Counted from the stretch's first letter, positions 42,340 to 51,912 are shown. The stretch is 63,207 bases of DNA from Candidatus Sysuimicrobiota bacterium (GCA_040289515.1 PSLI01000008.1:1-63207), one strand, 5' to 3'. A program made the numbers and translations. Notes: generated by a model not told the origin, from the letters alone.

Positions 42340-43245
42340 GTGCGGGTGGCCATCGCGGGTGGCAGGGGTCTACTGGGCCGTGCCCTTCGGGAGCACCTGG
42401 AACAAGGCGGCTGGACCGTGGTGTGCCTGAGCCGCACGCCCGGACCCGGCGACGTACCCTGGGACCCCGCCAGAGGGCGGCTGGACCCGGAGGTGCTCCG
42501 CGGGTGCGAGGCCGTGGTGAACTTGGCAGGCGCCCGTATCGCGCCCGCCCGCTGGACGCCAGCCTACAAGCGGGAGATCCGGGAAAGCCGGGTGCGCAGC
42601 ACGCACCTGCTGGCCTCCGTCCTCCCGCGCCTGGACCCACCTGCCCGGGTGTTCCTGTCGGCGTCCGCTACGGGGTACTACGGACCACGGCCGTGGGAGG
42701 AGGTGTTGGAAGAAGCGAGCCCTCCGGGACGCGGCTTTCTGGCATCCGTCTGCATGGAGTGGGAAGAAGCCACCGAGCCGGCGCGAAAGGCGGGCGTGCG
42801 AACCGTGCTGCTGCGGACGGGTCCGGTGTTGAGCCCCCGCGGGGGCTTCCTTGCACCCATGCTGCCCATCTTCCGCCTCGGGCTGGGTGGGCCCGTGGGG
42901 ACGGGAAGTCAGGGCGTGAGCTGGATCGCCCTGGAGGACTGGGTGCAGGCGGTGGAGTTCCTCCTTGTGGACGCCTCCCTGCACGGCCCCGTCAACCTCA
43001 CCGCTCCGAACCCGGTCCGGTTCGCGGAGTTCGCCCGGACCCTGGGCCGGGTGCTGCGGAGGCCCGCGGTCCTGCGGGTGCCCGCTTTCGTCGTGCGGCT
43101 GCTGTTCGGGCGGGAGATGGCGGAGGAGACCCTGCTTTCGGGCCAGCGGGCGGTGCCCCGGCGCCTGCGGGAGGCAGGGTTCGTTTTTCGGCACCCGGAC
43201 CTCGAAGCCGCACTGCGGGCCCTGCTAGCCCCGTTCGCACGGTAA
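42340..43245 (+). CDS. TIGR01777 family NAD-dependent epimerase-like protein
   Basis: IAGGRGLLG, VNLAG, SASATGYYG, WE, GPVNLTAP. Confidence 0.92.
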   Translation: MRVAIAGGRGLLGRALREHLEQGGWTVVCLSRTPGPGDVPWDPARGRLDPEVLRGCEAVVNLAGARIAPARWTPAYKREIRESRVRSTHLLASVLPRLDPPARVFLSASATGYYGPRPWEEVLEEASPPGRGFLASVCMEWEEATEPARKAGVRTVLLRTGPVLSPRGGFLAPMLPIFRLGLGGPVGTGSQGVSWIALEDWVQAVEFLLVDASLHGPVNLTAPNPVRFAEFARTLGRVLRRPAVLRVPAFVVRLLFGREMAEETLLSGQRAVPRRLREAGFVFRHPDLEAALRALLAPFAR

Positions 43246-43276
43246 ACGGGGGAGCGTCGGGGAATCAGCTGGCTAG

Positions 43277-44536
43277 CTAGGTGCGCACGTGGCCGTCCCC
43301 CAAGGCCACGAACTTGGTGGTGGTGAGCTCCCGTACGCCCATGGGACCGTACGCGTGCAGCTTGCTGGTGCTGATCCCGATCTCGGCCCCCAGGCCCAGC
43401 TGGAAGCCGTCGTTGAAGCGGGTGCTGGCGTTCACTAGCACCAAGGAGGCGTCCACCTCCCGCAGGAACCGCAGGGCCCGCTGGTGGTCACGGGTAACGA
43501 TGGCCTCCGTGTGGTTGGACCCGTAGCGGGCGATGTGGTCCAGGGCCTCCTGCATGGAGTCCACCACCTTCACGGCCAGGATCAGGTCCAGGTACTCCGC
43601 GTGCCAGTCCTCCTCCGTGGCGGGCCGCACCTCCGGCAGATGCTCCCGGGTGCGGGGGCAGCCGCGGAGTTCGACGCCCGCCTCCCGCATGGCCCGCTGC
43701 AGGGGGGGCAGGAAGGCCGCTGCGACCGCCTGGTGCACCAGGACCTTCTCCAGGGCGTTGCAGGTGGCGGGCCGCTGGGCTTTGGCGTTCACCGCCACCT
43801 GTACCGCCATGTCCAGGTCCGCGCTCTCGTCCACGTAAAGGTGGTTGACGCCCCTGGCGTGGGCCAGCACCGGCATGCGGGCGTGCTCCTGCACGAACCG
43901 GATCAGCTCCTCCCCTCCCCTGGGGATCAACACGTCCAGGTAGCCCGCAAGGCGGCACATCTCCACCACCGCCTGCCGGTCGGTGTGGGGCACCAGCTGG
44001 ACCGCGTCCTCCGGCAGGTCCGCCTCCCGCAGGGCCTCGCGGAACAGACCTACTAGGGCCAGGTTGCTCCGCAGCGCCTCCTTGCCGCCCCGCAGCAGGA
44101 TGGCGTTGCCGGATTTCACCGCGAGGCCGGCGGCCTCCACGGTGGCCCCCGGGCGAGCCTCGTACACCATGCCGATCACGCCCAGGGGCACCCGCATGCG
44201 GCCAACTCGCAGCCCGTTAGGCAGCACCGACAGCGCCTCGATCTCCCCTACGGGGTCCGGCATGGCGGCCACCTGACGCAAGCCCTCCACCAGATCGTCC
44301 CGGGTACGTGAATCCAGGCGAAGGCGATCCAGCTTTGCCTTGGGCAGCCCCGCAGCGGAAGCCTCCTGGAGGTCCTCTTGGTTCGCCGCCTCCACCTGCG
44401 GCCAGGACGCCTGCAGCCGGCGGGCCAAGCCCAGCAGCGCGTTCCGTTTGGCCGCGGGCGCAGCCGAGGCCATGGCCCGCGCCGCCTGGCGGGCGTGCCG
44501 GGCCATCTCGCGGATCTCGCTGGCCACGTCGGTCAT
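43277..44536 (-). CDS. proA: Gamma-glutamyl phosphate reductase
   Basis: VPLGVIG..YEARP, LRGGKEA, IPRGG, CNALE, NASTRF.DG..LGLGAEIGIST. Confidence 0.97.
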   Translation of the reverse strand: MTDVASEIREMARHARQAARAMASAAPAAKRNALLGLARRLQASWPQVEAANQEDLQEASAAGLPKAKLDRLRLDSRTRDDLVEGLRQVAAMPDPVGEIEALSVLPNGLRVGRMRVPLGVIGMVYEARPGATVEAAGLAVKSGNAILLRGGKEALRSNLALVGLFREALREADLPEDAVQLVPHTDRQAVVEMCRLAGYLDVLIPRGGEELIRFVQEHARMPVLAHARGVNHLYVDESADLDMAVQVAVNAKAQRPATCNALEKVLVHQAVAAAFLPPLQRAMREAGVELRGCPRTREHLPEVRPATEEDWHAEYLDLILAVKVVDSMQEALDHIARYGSNHTEAIVTRDHQRALRFLREVDASLVLVNASTRFNDGFQLGLGAEIGISTSKLHAYGPMGVRELTTTKFVALGDGHVRT

Positions 44537-45717
44537 CCCGACCCCCGTAGCGCGTAGTCTTCCGCGTCCAGCTCGCTGGCCAAGGCGAGGTGGTCGCGGT
44601 GGATCACCTCGTCGGAGTGCTTGTAGCCGAGCCGCGATTCGATCTCGCGGGTGTGAAGCCCCTTGATGAGGTCGATCTCCGCGGCGCTGTAGTTCACCAG
44701 CCCGACCCCCACCAGGCGGCCCTCGGGGTCCAGGCACCGCACGGGGTCCCCGACCCCGAAGTGTCCCCGCACGCCCCGGATCCCCGCGGGCAGCAGGGAC
44801 GCGCCGGCCTGCCGCAACGCCCGCGCGGCGCCCGCGTCCAGCAGGAGCTCACCGGCGGGCTTGGGCAGCTGGTACAACCACAGCTTGCGGCCCGCGTACC
44901 GACGCCCCCCGCTCCAGAACAGGGTGCCGACGGGCTTTCCCGCCAACGCGTCGGAGATGGCCCGGCGCCGCCGGCCGGGCAGCAGCAACAGGGGCATCCC
45001 GGCCGCCAGGGCTTTCTCCGCGGCCAGGAGCTTGCTGCGCATCCCGCCGCTGCCGACTTCGTTGGGGGACTGCCCCGCGGACTCCAGGAGCGCCCGGTCC
45101 ACGCGTTCCACCCACGGGATGGGACGGGCCTCCGGATGGATTCGCGGGTCCCGGTCGAACAGGGCGTCCACGTCCGACAGCAGCACCAGCAGGTCCGCGC
45201 CCACCAGCGTGGCGATGAGGACCGACAGCCGATCGTTGTCCCCGAACTGGACCTCCTCCACCACCACGGTGTCGTTCTCGTTCACCACGGGTACCACGCC
45301 CCACCGGAGGAGCGTGTGGAGGGTGTGGCGGGCGTGCAAAAATCGCGAGCGGTCCGCGAGGTCGGGCCCGGTGAGGAGCACCTGGGCCACCGACACGCCG
45401 TGCCTGCGGAAGGCGTGCTCCCACGCCCTCACCAGCAAGGGTTGTCCGACCGCGGCCGCGGCCTGCTTGGCAGGGATGGTGGTGGGCCGCTCGGGAAGGC
45501 GCAGGTGCGCCACGCCCGCGGCCACGGCCCCCGAGGACACCACCACTACCTCGCGCCCCTGTCCGCGCAACTCGGCCAGCTCGTCTGCGAGCCGGTTCAG
45601 GACCTCCTGCTCCAGTCCCCCGGGGCCCGCCACCACCGCGCTGCCCACTTTGACCACCAGGCGGCGGTACACCTGCGGGTCCGTGAAGCAAGGCCGGGCG
45701 CGCGATGCGTGCGTCAT
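44533..45717 (-). CDS. proB: Glutamate 5-kinase
   Basis: VVKVGS, SSGAV, KQAAAAVGQ, NENDTV, FGDND, GGMRSK, PUA domain. Confidence 0.97.
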   Translation of the reverse strand: MTHASRARPCFTDPQVYRRLVVKVGSAVVAGPGGLEQEVLNRLADELAELRGQGREVVVVSSGAVAAGVAHLRLPERPTTIPAKQAAAAVGQPLLVRAWEHAFRRHGVSVAQVLLTGPDLADRSRFLHARHTLHTLLRWGVVPVVNENDTVVVEEVQFGDNDRLSVLIATLVGADLLVLLSDVDALFDRDPRIHPEARPIPWVERVDRALLESAGQSPNEVGSGGMRSKLLAAEKALAAGMPLLLLPGRRRRAISDALAGKPVGTLFWSGGRRYAGRKLWLYQLPKPAGELLLDAGAARALRQAGASLLPAGIRGVRGHFGVGDPVRCLDPEGRLVGVGLVNYSAAEIDLIKGLHTREIESRLGYKHSDEVIHRDHLALASELDAEDYALRGSG

Positions 45718-45813
45718 ACTTAGCATGATACGGCATACGGCGGCGTCTGCCGGACGCCCAGGAGGGCCCCGGGCAGCCGTCGAACCCCACCGTGGAAACG
45801 CGAGGAGGCGGCG

Positions 45814-46014
45814 ATGGCGAGGGAACCCGTGTTCGCAGACCTTGAGGAGGAGCGCAGGTACCTGGAACAGGTCCAGCGGGAGTTGGACGCGGCTCGCACC
45901 AAGGAGGAGGTGGTGGAGGTGTGGCGGCGTCACTACCTGAAGATCGGCCACCGCAAGCTGGGACGGCTCCTCCTGGGCCGGCCGGTGGCGGAGCTGGTGC
46001 GGTCCCGGGAGTAG
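45814..46014 (+). CDS. Small hypothetical protein (66 aa)
   Basis: SD GAGGAGG; helical sequence ending HYLKIGHRKLGRLLLG; 9 nt before the ligase. Confidence 0.75.
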   Translation: MAREPVFADLEEERRYLEQVQRELDAARTKEEVVEVWRRHYLKIGHRKLGRLLLGRPVAELVRSRE

Positions 46015-46023
46015 CGCGGGGCT

Positions 46024-47823
46024 ATGCAGTACGCCTCCCTGGCGCGCGCGTACCAGGAGCTGGAGCAGACCTCCGCCCGCCTGAAGCTCATCGCGGTGCT
46101 CGCGGATCTCTTCCGGAAGACCCCCAGGCCGCTTTTGCGCCACGTGGTGTACCTCTGCCAGGGGAAGATCGCACCGGACTTCGCGGGTGTGGAGATCGGG
46201 CTGGCGGAGAAGCTGGCCGCGCGGTCAGTGGCGGAAGCGGCGGGGGTCTCCGACGACAGGGTGCAGGGCCTCCTGCGGCGGAAGGGCGACCTGGGCAGCG
46301 CCGCGGAGGAGCTGCTCAGCGACCGCGGGGCGCGGCGGCCCCAGCTGACCGTGCAGGAGGTGTTTGACCACCTGGAATCCATCGCCCGCGCCTCCGGCAA
46401 GGGCGCGCAGACCCAGAAGATCGCCGCGCTGGCGGACCTGTTGCGCCGCGCCACGCCCCTGGAGGCTCGGTACCTGGTCCGCACGGTGACCGGCAAGCTA
46501 CGGCTGGGGGTGGGTGACGCGTCCATCCTGGACGCGCTGGCGGAGGTGTACGCGGGCGGGCGCGCTCAGCGGGGGCCCCTGGAGCGGGCGTACAACATCT
46601 GCTCGGACCTGGGCCTGGTGGCGGAGACCCTGGTGCGGGGCGGGCTCGCGGCGGTGGAGCGCATGGAGGTGCGGCCCGGCAACCCCGTGCGTCCCATGCT
46701 GGCCCAGCGGCTGGCCACCGCCGAGGAGATCCTGGCGAAGCTCGGGGGCGTGTGCGCCGCGGAGTACAAGTACGACGGGGAGCGGGTGCAGGCCCACCGG
46801 CTGGACGGGCGCATCGTACTGTTCAGCCGGCGTCTGGAGGACGTCACGGAGCAGTTCCCGGACGCGGTAGAGCTGCTGCGGGAAGGGCTGCGGCCCAAGC
46901 GGGCCATCCTGGAGGCGGAGATCGTGGCCGTGGACCCAGACACCGGCGAGCTGCGGCCCTTCCAGGAGCTCATGCAGCGGCGCCGCAAGTACGGCATCGA
47001 GGAGGCCGCCCAGCGCATCCCCGTCGGGCTGTTCTGCTTCGACCTGCTGTACGGGCAGGAGGGCGACCTCACCCGCCGTTCTTACATGGAACGGCGGCGG
47101 GCCCTGGAGCAGGCGGTGCGGGTTGGAGAGCGCCTGCAGCTGGCCACCTGGACTTTGGTCCGCAGCGTGGCGGAGCTGGATGCCTTTTTCGAGCAGGCGA
47201 TCGCGGACGGCTGCGAGGGCCTGCTGTGCAAGTCAGTGGCAGCGGACGCGATCTACCAGGCGGGTGCCCGCGGCTGGCTTTGGATCAAGCACAAACGGGA
47301 GTACCGCACGGAGCTGCAGGACACCCTGGACCTGGTGGTGGTGGGGGCCTTCTACGGGCGGGGCCGCCGCAGCGGCACCTACGGGGCGCTGCTGGTGGCA
47401 GCCTACGACCCCTCGGAGGACACCTTCCGCACCTTCTGCAAGGTGGGCAGCGGCTTCTCCGATGAAGACCTGGAGCAGCTCCCCAGGCGGCTGCGACCCT
47501 ACCAGGTGGATCGCAGACCCGCCCGGGTGGACTCCCGGTTGGAACCGGACGTCTGGTTCCACCCTGCGCTGGTGCTGGAGGTGGTGGGCGCGGAGATCAC
47601 CCTGTCCCCGACCCACACGGTGGCGTGGGGCCGCGTGAAGGAGGGCGCGGGGCTGGCCCTGCGATTCCCTCGCTTCACGGGGCGCTACCGGGACGACAAG
47701 CGTCCCGAGGACGCCACCACGGTGGAGGAGATCTGGGAGATGTACCAGCGGGCCCGCAGACGTGCGGTGCGGGTGGAGGAGGGCGAGGGCGAACCGGACG
47801 CGTCTACCGCACCACCACGATGA
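46024..47823 (+). CDS. lig: ATP-dependent DNA ligase, archaeal/LigB type (DBD-NTase-OB)
   Basis: EYKYDGER (motif I), EGLLCK, WIKHK, DLVVVG, RFPRF...RDDK. Confidence 0.95.
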   Translation: MQYASLARAYQELEQTSARLKLIAVLADLFRKTPRPLLRHVVYLCQGKIAPDFAGVEIGLAEKLAARSVAEAAGVSDDRVQGLLRRKGDLGSAAEELLSDRGARRPQLTVQEVFDHLESIARASGKGAQTQKIAALADLLRRATPLEARYLVRTVTGKLRLGVGDASILDALAEVYAGGRAQRGPLERAYNICSDLGLVAETLVRGGLAAVERMEVRPGNPVRPMLAQRLATAEEILAKLGGVCAAEYKYDGERVQAHRLDGRIVLFSRRLEDVTEQFPDAVELLREGLRPKRAILEAEIVAVDPDTGELRPFQELMQRRRKYGIEEAAQRIPVGLFCFDLLYGQEGDLTRRSYMERRRALEQAVRVGERLQLATWTLVRSVAELDAFFEQAIADGCEGLLCKSVAADAIYQAGARGWLWIKHKREYRTELQDTLDLVVVGAFYGRGRRSGTYGALLVAAYDPSEDTFRTFCKVGSGFSDEDLEQLPRRLRPYQVDRRPARVDSRLEPDVWFHPALVLEVVGAEITLSPTHTVAWGRVKEGAGLALRFPRFTGRYRDDKRPEDATTVEEIWEMYQRARRRAVRVEEGEGEPDASTAPPR

Positions 47824-48196
47824 CCCGTCGCTCCCGCGGCCCGTCGAACTCGGCCAGCATCACCGCCTGCCACCGCCCCAGGGCTAGGCGGCCTTCGTGG
47901 ACCGGGATCACCTGGCCCGGGCCCGTGAGGGCGGCCTTCAGGTGGGCGCTGGCGTTGTTGTCCACCCGGTCGTGGCGCCACACGCCGTCCGGGAACAACT
48001 TGGCCAGCGCGTCCAGCAGGTCCTCGCACACATGCGGGTCCGCGTTCTCGTTCACCACCACACCCGCGGTGGCGTGGGGAACGTACACGCAGCAGAGTCC
48101 CTCCCGGGTACCCGAGGCGCGCACGGCCTGCTCCACGCGGTGGGTGATGTCCACCAGCTCCCGCTTCCGGTGGGTGCGCACGGTAAACTCGGTCAT
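47804..48196 (-). CDS. yjbQ: YjbQ family protein
   Basis: PHATAG..NEN.DP, H...DNNA.AHLK, LGRWQ...EFDGPR.R. Confidence 0.9.
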   Translation of the reverse strand: MTEFTVRTHRKRELVDITHRVEQAVRASGTREGLCCVYVPHATAGVVVNENADPHVCEDLLDALAKLFPDGVWRHDRVDNNASAHLKAALTGPGQVIPVHEGRLALGRWQAVMLAEFDGPRERRVIVVVR

Positions 48197-48239
48197 GCCG
48201 GTCGACCTCCCCACCCTAGGTTAGCTCGAGGGCGCGGAC

Positions 48240-48944
48240 GTGCCAGGGGATTTCCGGCGGCGGGCGCTGGCGGTCATGCTCTACGCGGTGGCCATGGGGT
48301 ACCTGGAAGCCGCGGTGGTGGCCTACCTGCGGGCTCTGTACGGCATCGAGGATCTGCTGCGGGATGTGCCTGCCCGGCCCGACCCTCTGGCGTGGGTGGA
48401 GGTGGGCCGCGAGGCGGCCACCCTGCTCATGCTGTGGGCGGTGGGGCAGGCTGCGGGCCAGAACCGGCCGGCCCGGTGGGGGATGTTCCTGTTCGCCTGG
48501 GGCGTGTGGGACCTGGCCTACTACCTCTGGCTGCGGCTGCTGGTGGGCTTCCCACGAACCTTGGGGGACTGGGACCTGCTGTTCTTGATCCCGCTGCCGT
48601 GGTGGGCGCCCGTGTGGGCTCCCATGCTGGCCGCCATCCTGCTCGCGGCGTTCGGTGGAAGCGTGGCGGCGCGGGCGGAAGGGGGGCTGCCGGTGCGGGT
48701 GGACCCGGCCAGTGCGGCGGTGGCTTGTGCGGGCTCGGTGATGGCTTTGGGCGCGGTGATGGCACCCGCCCTCACCCACCTGGCCCAGGGCTGGCAGGCC
48801 GCGGTGGCCGTGCGGCCTGCGGAATGGCCGTGGGGGCTTTACCTGGCGGGGTGGGCGGCGGTGGCGTGGGCTTCGTGGCGGGTGGCCACGGGGCGGAACC
48901 AAAAGGGTGGGTTGCGGACCGGTGCGGGGAGCGCGAGCCTATAA
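48240..48944 (+). CDS. Conserved-looking integral membrane protein, hypothetical
   Basis: MGYLEAAVVAYLR, EVGREAAT, WDLAYY.WL, WDLLFLIPLPW. Confidence 0.8.
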   Translation: MPGDFRRRALAVMLYAVAMGYLEAAVVAYLRALYGIEDLLRDVPARPDPLAWVEVGREAATLLMLWAVGQAAGQNRPARWGMFLFAWGVWDLAYYLWLRLLVGFPRTLGDWDLLFLIPLPWWAPVWAPMLAAILLAAFGGSVAARAEGGLPVRVDPASAAVACAGSVMALGAVMAPALTHLAQGWQAAVAVRPAEWPWGLYLAGWAAVAWASWRVATGRNQKGGLRTGAGSASL

Positions 48945-48968
48945 GAAAAGCACGCACGGGAGGGTGGC

Positions 48969-49526
48969 ATGGTGCGGTTCGGCTGGGTGGCATGGATTTT
49001 GGCGCTCCTTCTGGCAGCGCCTCTAGCGGCGCAGACGGGCCTGGGGGACATCGTCCCGGGGGAGGCCATCGGCGGTGCGCGCATCGGCATGGGCATGGAC
49101 GAGGCGGCACAGGTAGCCCAGGCTTTCGGGCAGACCCGCGACCAGGCGCGGGACGCGGGCCGCGAGGTGTGCAACGTGGAGGATGGGGTGGGCATCTGCG
49201 CCTACGACTACTACTTCTACGAGGACGAGCGGGAGCCCACCAAGACCCCGGGCCTGGTGCTGGCGGTGGTGACCGACGACCCCCGCTTCCGGCTGAAGGG
49301 AGGCGTGGGTGTGGGCAGCACCCTGCTGGAGTTCCTAGGAGCGTACGCTGCGAACCCCGAGTGGTTGGGAGGCGGCTACCTGGAGTGGACCAGCAAGGGC
49401 CTGCTGGTGGGCCTGCGCAGGGGGGCGCGGGGCGCGGAGGTGGCGCTGGTGGGTGTGTTCAAGCCCCGGCCGTCGGGCCTTCGGGCGCGGGGCGGAACTC
49501 GACGCATGGTGGTGACGTACCTATAA
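48969..49526 (+). CDS. Secreted hypothetical protein
   Basis: Signal peptide ending LAAQ; SD GGGAGG. Confidence 0.75.
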   Translation: MVRFGWVAWILALLLAAPLAAQTGLGDIVPGEAIGGARIGMGMDEAAQVAQAFGQTRDQARDAGREVCNVEDGVGICAYDYYFYEDEREPTKTPGLVLAVVTDDPRFRLKGGVGVGSTLLEFLGAYAANPEWLGGGYLEWTSKGLLVGLRRGARGAEVALVGVFKPRPSGLRARGGTRRMVVTYL

Positions 49527-49543
49527 AAAACAGGAGGGGGCTC

Positions 49544-49987
49544 ATGCGCTGGATGCGAGTGGCGGCCGTAGTGGCGGCTGTGGTGGTATCGGCGGCGGGC
49601 GTGGCCCACGGGCAGGACATTCTGCAGCTGGTGAAGGTGTTCGGGATCGGCTACGCTGTGCGGACCTTCGGGCCGCAGATCAACGACTTCATCAACTCGC
49701 TGCTGCTGTCGAAGGACGCGGCCACGCGGCAGACCACGAAGGTGGTCCCCATCCTGAGCGTGTCCATCGGCGTGAGCGCGCCGGGGCGTGCTACCATCGG
49801 GGCTGCGCAGGTGGCGGGGCCCCAGGCGGCGGTGCAGCGGGTCCAGGCGGTGGCGGCCCTGGACGCCAACTACCAGGGCGTGTTCCAAATCCGCGTCCTC
49901 ATCCCCGTGGATAGCCTGGAACCGTGGCGCAGCCTGCGGCGGGTGGTGGGGGTGGGGGTGTCTGCCATCATCGACCTGAAGATCTGA
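49544..49987 (+). CDS. Secreted hypothetical protein
   Basis: SD AGGAGG, signal peptide, TKVVPILS...GAAQVAGP...VSAIIDLKI. Confidence 0.8.
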   Translation: MRWMRVAAVVAAVVVSAAGVAHGQDILQLVKVFGIGYAVRTFGPQINDFINSLLLSKDAATRQTTKVVPILSVSIGVSAPGRATIGAAQVAGPQAAVQRVQAVAALDANYQGVFQIRVLIPVDSLEPWRSLRRVVGVGVSAIIDLKI

Positions 49988-50013
49988 CGCGCTCCCCGCA
50001 CCCCCGTCCGGTT

Positions 50014-50415
50014 TCAGCGGCGGGATGCCACCAGCAGAGTGCCCGTGTAGTGAACGCTCATGGGGTGCAGGTGGCAGTAGACGGTGTAGGCACCCGCCCG
50101 CACGGTGCGGATCCGCACCGTCTTGGTCTCCTTGGGCTGCAGGACCTCCTTCACGCCGAAGGCGTCGATGGCGAATCCCTCCGCGATGGGGCTGTCGTTG
50201 CGAATCACGAACTCTACCGTTTCACCCTCGTAGGCGAAGAAATCCGAGGGCAGGTTGGTGACCGCAAGCGTGGCCACGCCGGCCACCGTGGCTTTCCAGA
50301 ACTTCATGGTGACCCGGTACCGGCGCACGGTGCTGTGGCTGGAGGCCGCGGTGGCGGCGGTGAGGACGGTAGCGGCCACCATCACGGCCAGGGCGGAAAG
50401 GAGTCGGACGCGCAC
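50014..50415 (-). CDS. Secreted cupredoxin-domain protein
   Basis: Signal peptide; GETVEFVIRN, AGAYTVYCHLHPM...GTLLV. Confidence 0.78.
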   Translation of the reverse strand: MRVRLLSALAVMVAATVLTAATAASSHSTVRRYRVTMKFWKATVAGVATLAVTNLPSDFFAYEGETVEFVIRNDSPIAEGFAIDAFGVKEVLQPKETKTVRIRTVRAGAYTVYCHLHPMSVHYTGTLLVASRR

Positions 50416-50478
50416 GGCATCACCTCCTGTGTTTTGGACTGCGAATTAAGTACCATAGGCGGAGCGGGAGGTCAAGGC

Positions 50479-51156
50479 ATGGGCACGCGGCAGCCGGCAC
50501 GGAGCACCGGTCCGTTCGGCGGGGAGGAGGGCACCGCCGAGCGGGTGGCGCAGGCTTTGGGCCGCATCGGTACCGCCCTACGTAGCTACGGGTGGGAGGA
50601 GGCCCTGGCGCGAGGCTTGACGCCCACCCAGGTGCAGATCCTGGGATACCTGCGCTTCCGGGGCGAGGGGGGCGCTCGGGTGTCGGAGGTGGCAGATGCC
50701 CTGGCGGTGAGCGCAGCCACAGCCAGCGAGTCCACGGACGCCCTGGTGCGCAAGGGGCTGGCGCGCAAGGTCCGGTCTGCAGAGGACGGCCGTGCTCGGA
50801 TGGTGATCCTCACCCCTGCGGGGCGGCGGGAGGCGGACCGCCTGGCGGGCTGGCCCGAGCTGCTGCTGCGGGCGGTGCGGCGCCTGTCGGAGGCTGAGCA
50901 GGCAACCCTGCTGCGGGTGCTCCTGAAGACCATCCGCGAGCTGCAGGAGGCAGGGCGGATTCCGGCGACCCGCATGTGCGTGACGTGCCGCTACTTCCAG
51001 CCCTACGTGCACCCCGACCCCTCAGCCCCCCACCACTGCGCATTCGTGGACGCACCCTTCGGGGACGAACTCCTGCGGGTCGACTGCAGGGATCACGAGC
51101 CCGCAGAGGCCGAGCAGGCCCGCCACACGTGGGAGCGCTTCTCACAACCGGGGTAG
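50479..51156 (+). CDS. MarR family regulator with a Cys/His-rich C-terminal domain
   Basis: LTPTQVQIL, ATASES..ALVRKGL, DGR; C-terminal CVTC...HHC...DCRDH. Confidence 0.88.
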   Translation: MGTRQPARSTGPFGGEEGTAERVAQALGRIGTALRSYGWEEALARGLTPTQVQILGYLRFRGEGGARVSEVADALAVSAATASESTDALVRKGLARKVRSAEDGRARMVILTPAGRREADRLAGWPELLLRAVRRLSEAEQATLLRVLLKTIRELQEAGRIPATRMCVTCRYFQPYVHPDPSAPHHCAFVDAPFGDELLRVDCRDHEPAEAEQARHTWERFSQPG

Positions 51157-51177
51157 GCCCCTACCCGCGCAGGCTCC

Positions 51178-51912
51178 TCAGCGGGGGCCGCGGAGGACGG
51201 CCACCAGGGCGATCACACCACGCTCCCATGCCAGGCGCTCCGCGGAAGGGTGGATGGCGAATCCGAACACGGTGGGCACGGGGCGTGCGGTCAGCAGGGG
51301 AGCTACGAGCTGGACCTTCTGCAGGACGTCCTCCACGTCCCGTCCGTAGACGGTACTGCGGACTTCCCCCACCACCACGGCCTCGCCGTCTTGGGTCCCT
51401 TCTCCGTACAGGTCCACCTCCACCTCCCGCTGCTGCACGGTGAAGTAGCGGCGCTCCAAGTACGGGACCCGGATCCCGTGGTACTTCTCCAGGTACGCGG
51501 GGGCGAACTCCCGGGCGAGCTCCTCGAGGCTGAACCCTACCGCCTCCGACAGTCGGGCCACCTGTCGGGCCAGCTCCCGCACCTCGCGTTCGGTGCGCTC
51601 TTGAGCCTCGGTGAGGCGTGCGAGGGCGTCTTCGAGGCGTGCCACGCGCTGGTCGGTGCGCTCCTGGGCTTCTTCGAGCCGCGCCAGGCGCCGCTCGCTG
51701 GCGCGCTGGGCCTCCGCGAGCTGCTGGACGTGAGTGGCCAGGACGCGCAACTCCTGCTGTACGGCCTCCACAGCCTCTGCCAGCCGACGCACCAGGTGCG
51801 GCAACTGCAGCAGCTCCTGCCCCAGCAGGACGGCACGCAGCGCATCGCGCCACTCGGGGTGCTGCTCCAGAAGGCGCAGGAGATCGGCCAGGTCCGCCAC
51901 GGTGAACGGCAT
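51178..51912 (-). CDS. Coiled-coil protein with a C-terminal PD-(D/E)XK-like domain (DUF3782-like)
   Basis: Heptad repeats (EAQERT), then EVEVDLYG...VVGEVRS. Confidence 0.75.
   Translation of the reverse strand: MPFTVADLADLLRLLEQHPEWRDALRAVLLGQELLQLPHLVRRLAEAVEAVQQELRVLATHVQQLAEAQRASERRLARLEEAQERTDQRVARLEDALARLTEAQERTEREVRELARQVARLSEAVGFSLEELAREFAPAYLEKYHGIRVPYLERRYFTVQQREVEVDLYGEGTQDGEAVVVGEVRSTVYGRDVEDVLQKVQLVAPLLTARPVPTVFGFAIHPSAERLAWERGVIALVAVLRGPR

Noticed and set aside
42173..42430. ORF MAEGVGFEPT and the N-terminal extension of the HAD ORF
   Set aside because: These are translations across the tRNA-Ser gene.
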